NCBI GenBank assembly: GCA_013115125.1
Contig: JABANN010000089.1
Coordinates: 1-64,000 of the forward strand
Source of the DNA: Perkinsus olseni
Taxonomy: Eukaryota
Length of the DNA stretch: 64,000 nucleotides
Direction: 5' to 3'
Of this stretch, positions 63,331-64,000 are shown piece after piece (positions within the stretch are counted from its first letter, which is position 1; the number at the start of each line of letters is the position of its first letter). The notes below the pieces were generated by a model. The model was not told where the DNA came from. It saw only the letters and a program-made list of their open reading frames with translations, and did no database searches. Position numbers and translations under genes: made by a program.

Positions 63331-63938
63331 ATGTCGCGAGAGTCGCCTACAAGTGATCGTTCATCCTTTCTTTTGGATATACCGGACGTCGGTAACCCCT
63401 TCGACGATGACTTCTCTCCCCAGACAACAACCGAGGGGCTGTCCAGTCCTTCCGGCCCGGAAGTTCACGTCTTCGGCCTCGACGGTGATCTGCGGAACTC
63501 CTGCTGTCGATGCAGCAACTCTACGGGTGTTTCCGCCTTCCACTGCTGTCCCGTGTGTGAAGTGAGTATATCCCCCGATTATCCGTAAACTTGATGATAT
63601 GTTCGGCTCAGGCCTTGCTGTGTTCACGATGTTTGCTGGCGTTGCAGTCGCATAATGGGCCAGATGAGCTCTCCTGTCCCTTATGCGGCGACGCGACTGT
63701 TGCTAGAGTGTCTATGAACCGCCAGGCCGCTCTTCTCAAGGCAGCAGAAGAGGCCCAGGTCCCTCCTCTTCTCCGCCATTTGTTAGTGCGTGCCGTACCA
63801 GTAGCGCTCTGTCTTTTAGAAAGCCTGGTCACTAGTGTCGTCAGCTTCGAGGGGATTAGTCTCCGATGTGCGGACAGCTTGGTCAGGGCTGCTGGGGTTC
63901 CGCAGCGAGGCCTCAGAGACTGCAAATTCAACTGGTAG
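63331..63938 (+). CDS. Zinc-finger (RING/PHD-like) protein, partial
   Basis: Cys pairs CCRC, CPVC, CSRC and CPLC across a GT-AG intron. The gene probably continues past the window. Confidence 0.5.
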
Positions 63939-64000
63939 GTCTCGATAAGTGATCTCCTCCTTTTGGCCTCATTTTTTCAGAGGACACCACAGACCCACCT

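Overview
Gene-dense eukaryotic DNA (roughly 50-55% GC by eye) with many 45-70 nt introns, some of them GC-AG, and several flagellar or basal-body genes. This pattern suggests a perkinsid alveolate such as Perkinsus, which is an inference and not a lookup. Bases 1-5400 are repeat-rich and non-genic: 22-bp and 48-bp tandem repeats, a degenerate tRNA-Arg-like element, a hairpin-dense block and a decayed low-complexity ORF. The + strand then carries a SKI2 helicase, an ATP9/NEO1 flippase, an S10 carboxypeptidase, kinesin-13, coiled-coil and TPR proteins, a CEP164-like gene and tRNA-Asp. On the - strand are a multicopper oxidase with an unusual two-helix membrane insertion, an OSCA/TMC-like channel and a hypothetical gene. 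These are followed by SDHA, a large hypothetical gene, RPLP0 (-), a Dpy-30/GAF-like protein and a zinc-finger gene. The most striking signal is invisible in the ORF track: a - strand snoRNA cluster tied to RPLP0. It holds a U17/snR30 homologue in the gene's only coding-region intron, two further U17 copies downstream (one cut by a gap), a U31/snR67-like C/D snoRNA, and other C/D or structured RNA candidates. Exon boundaries were read by eye and are approximate.
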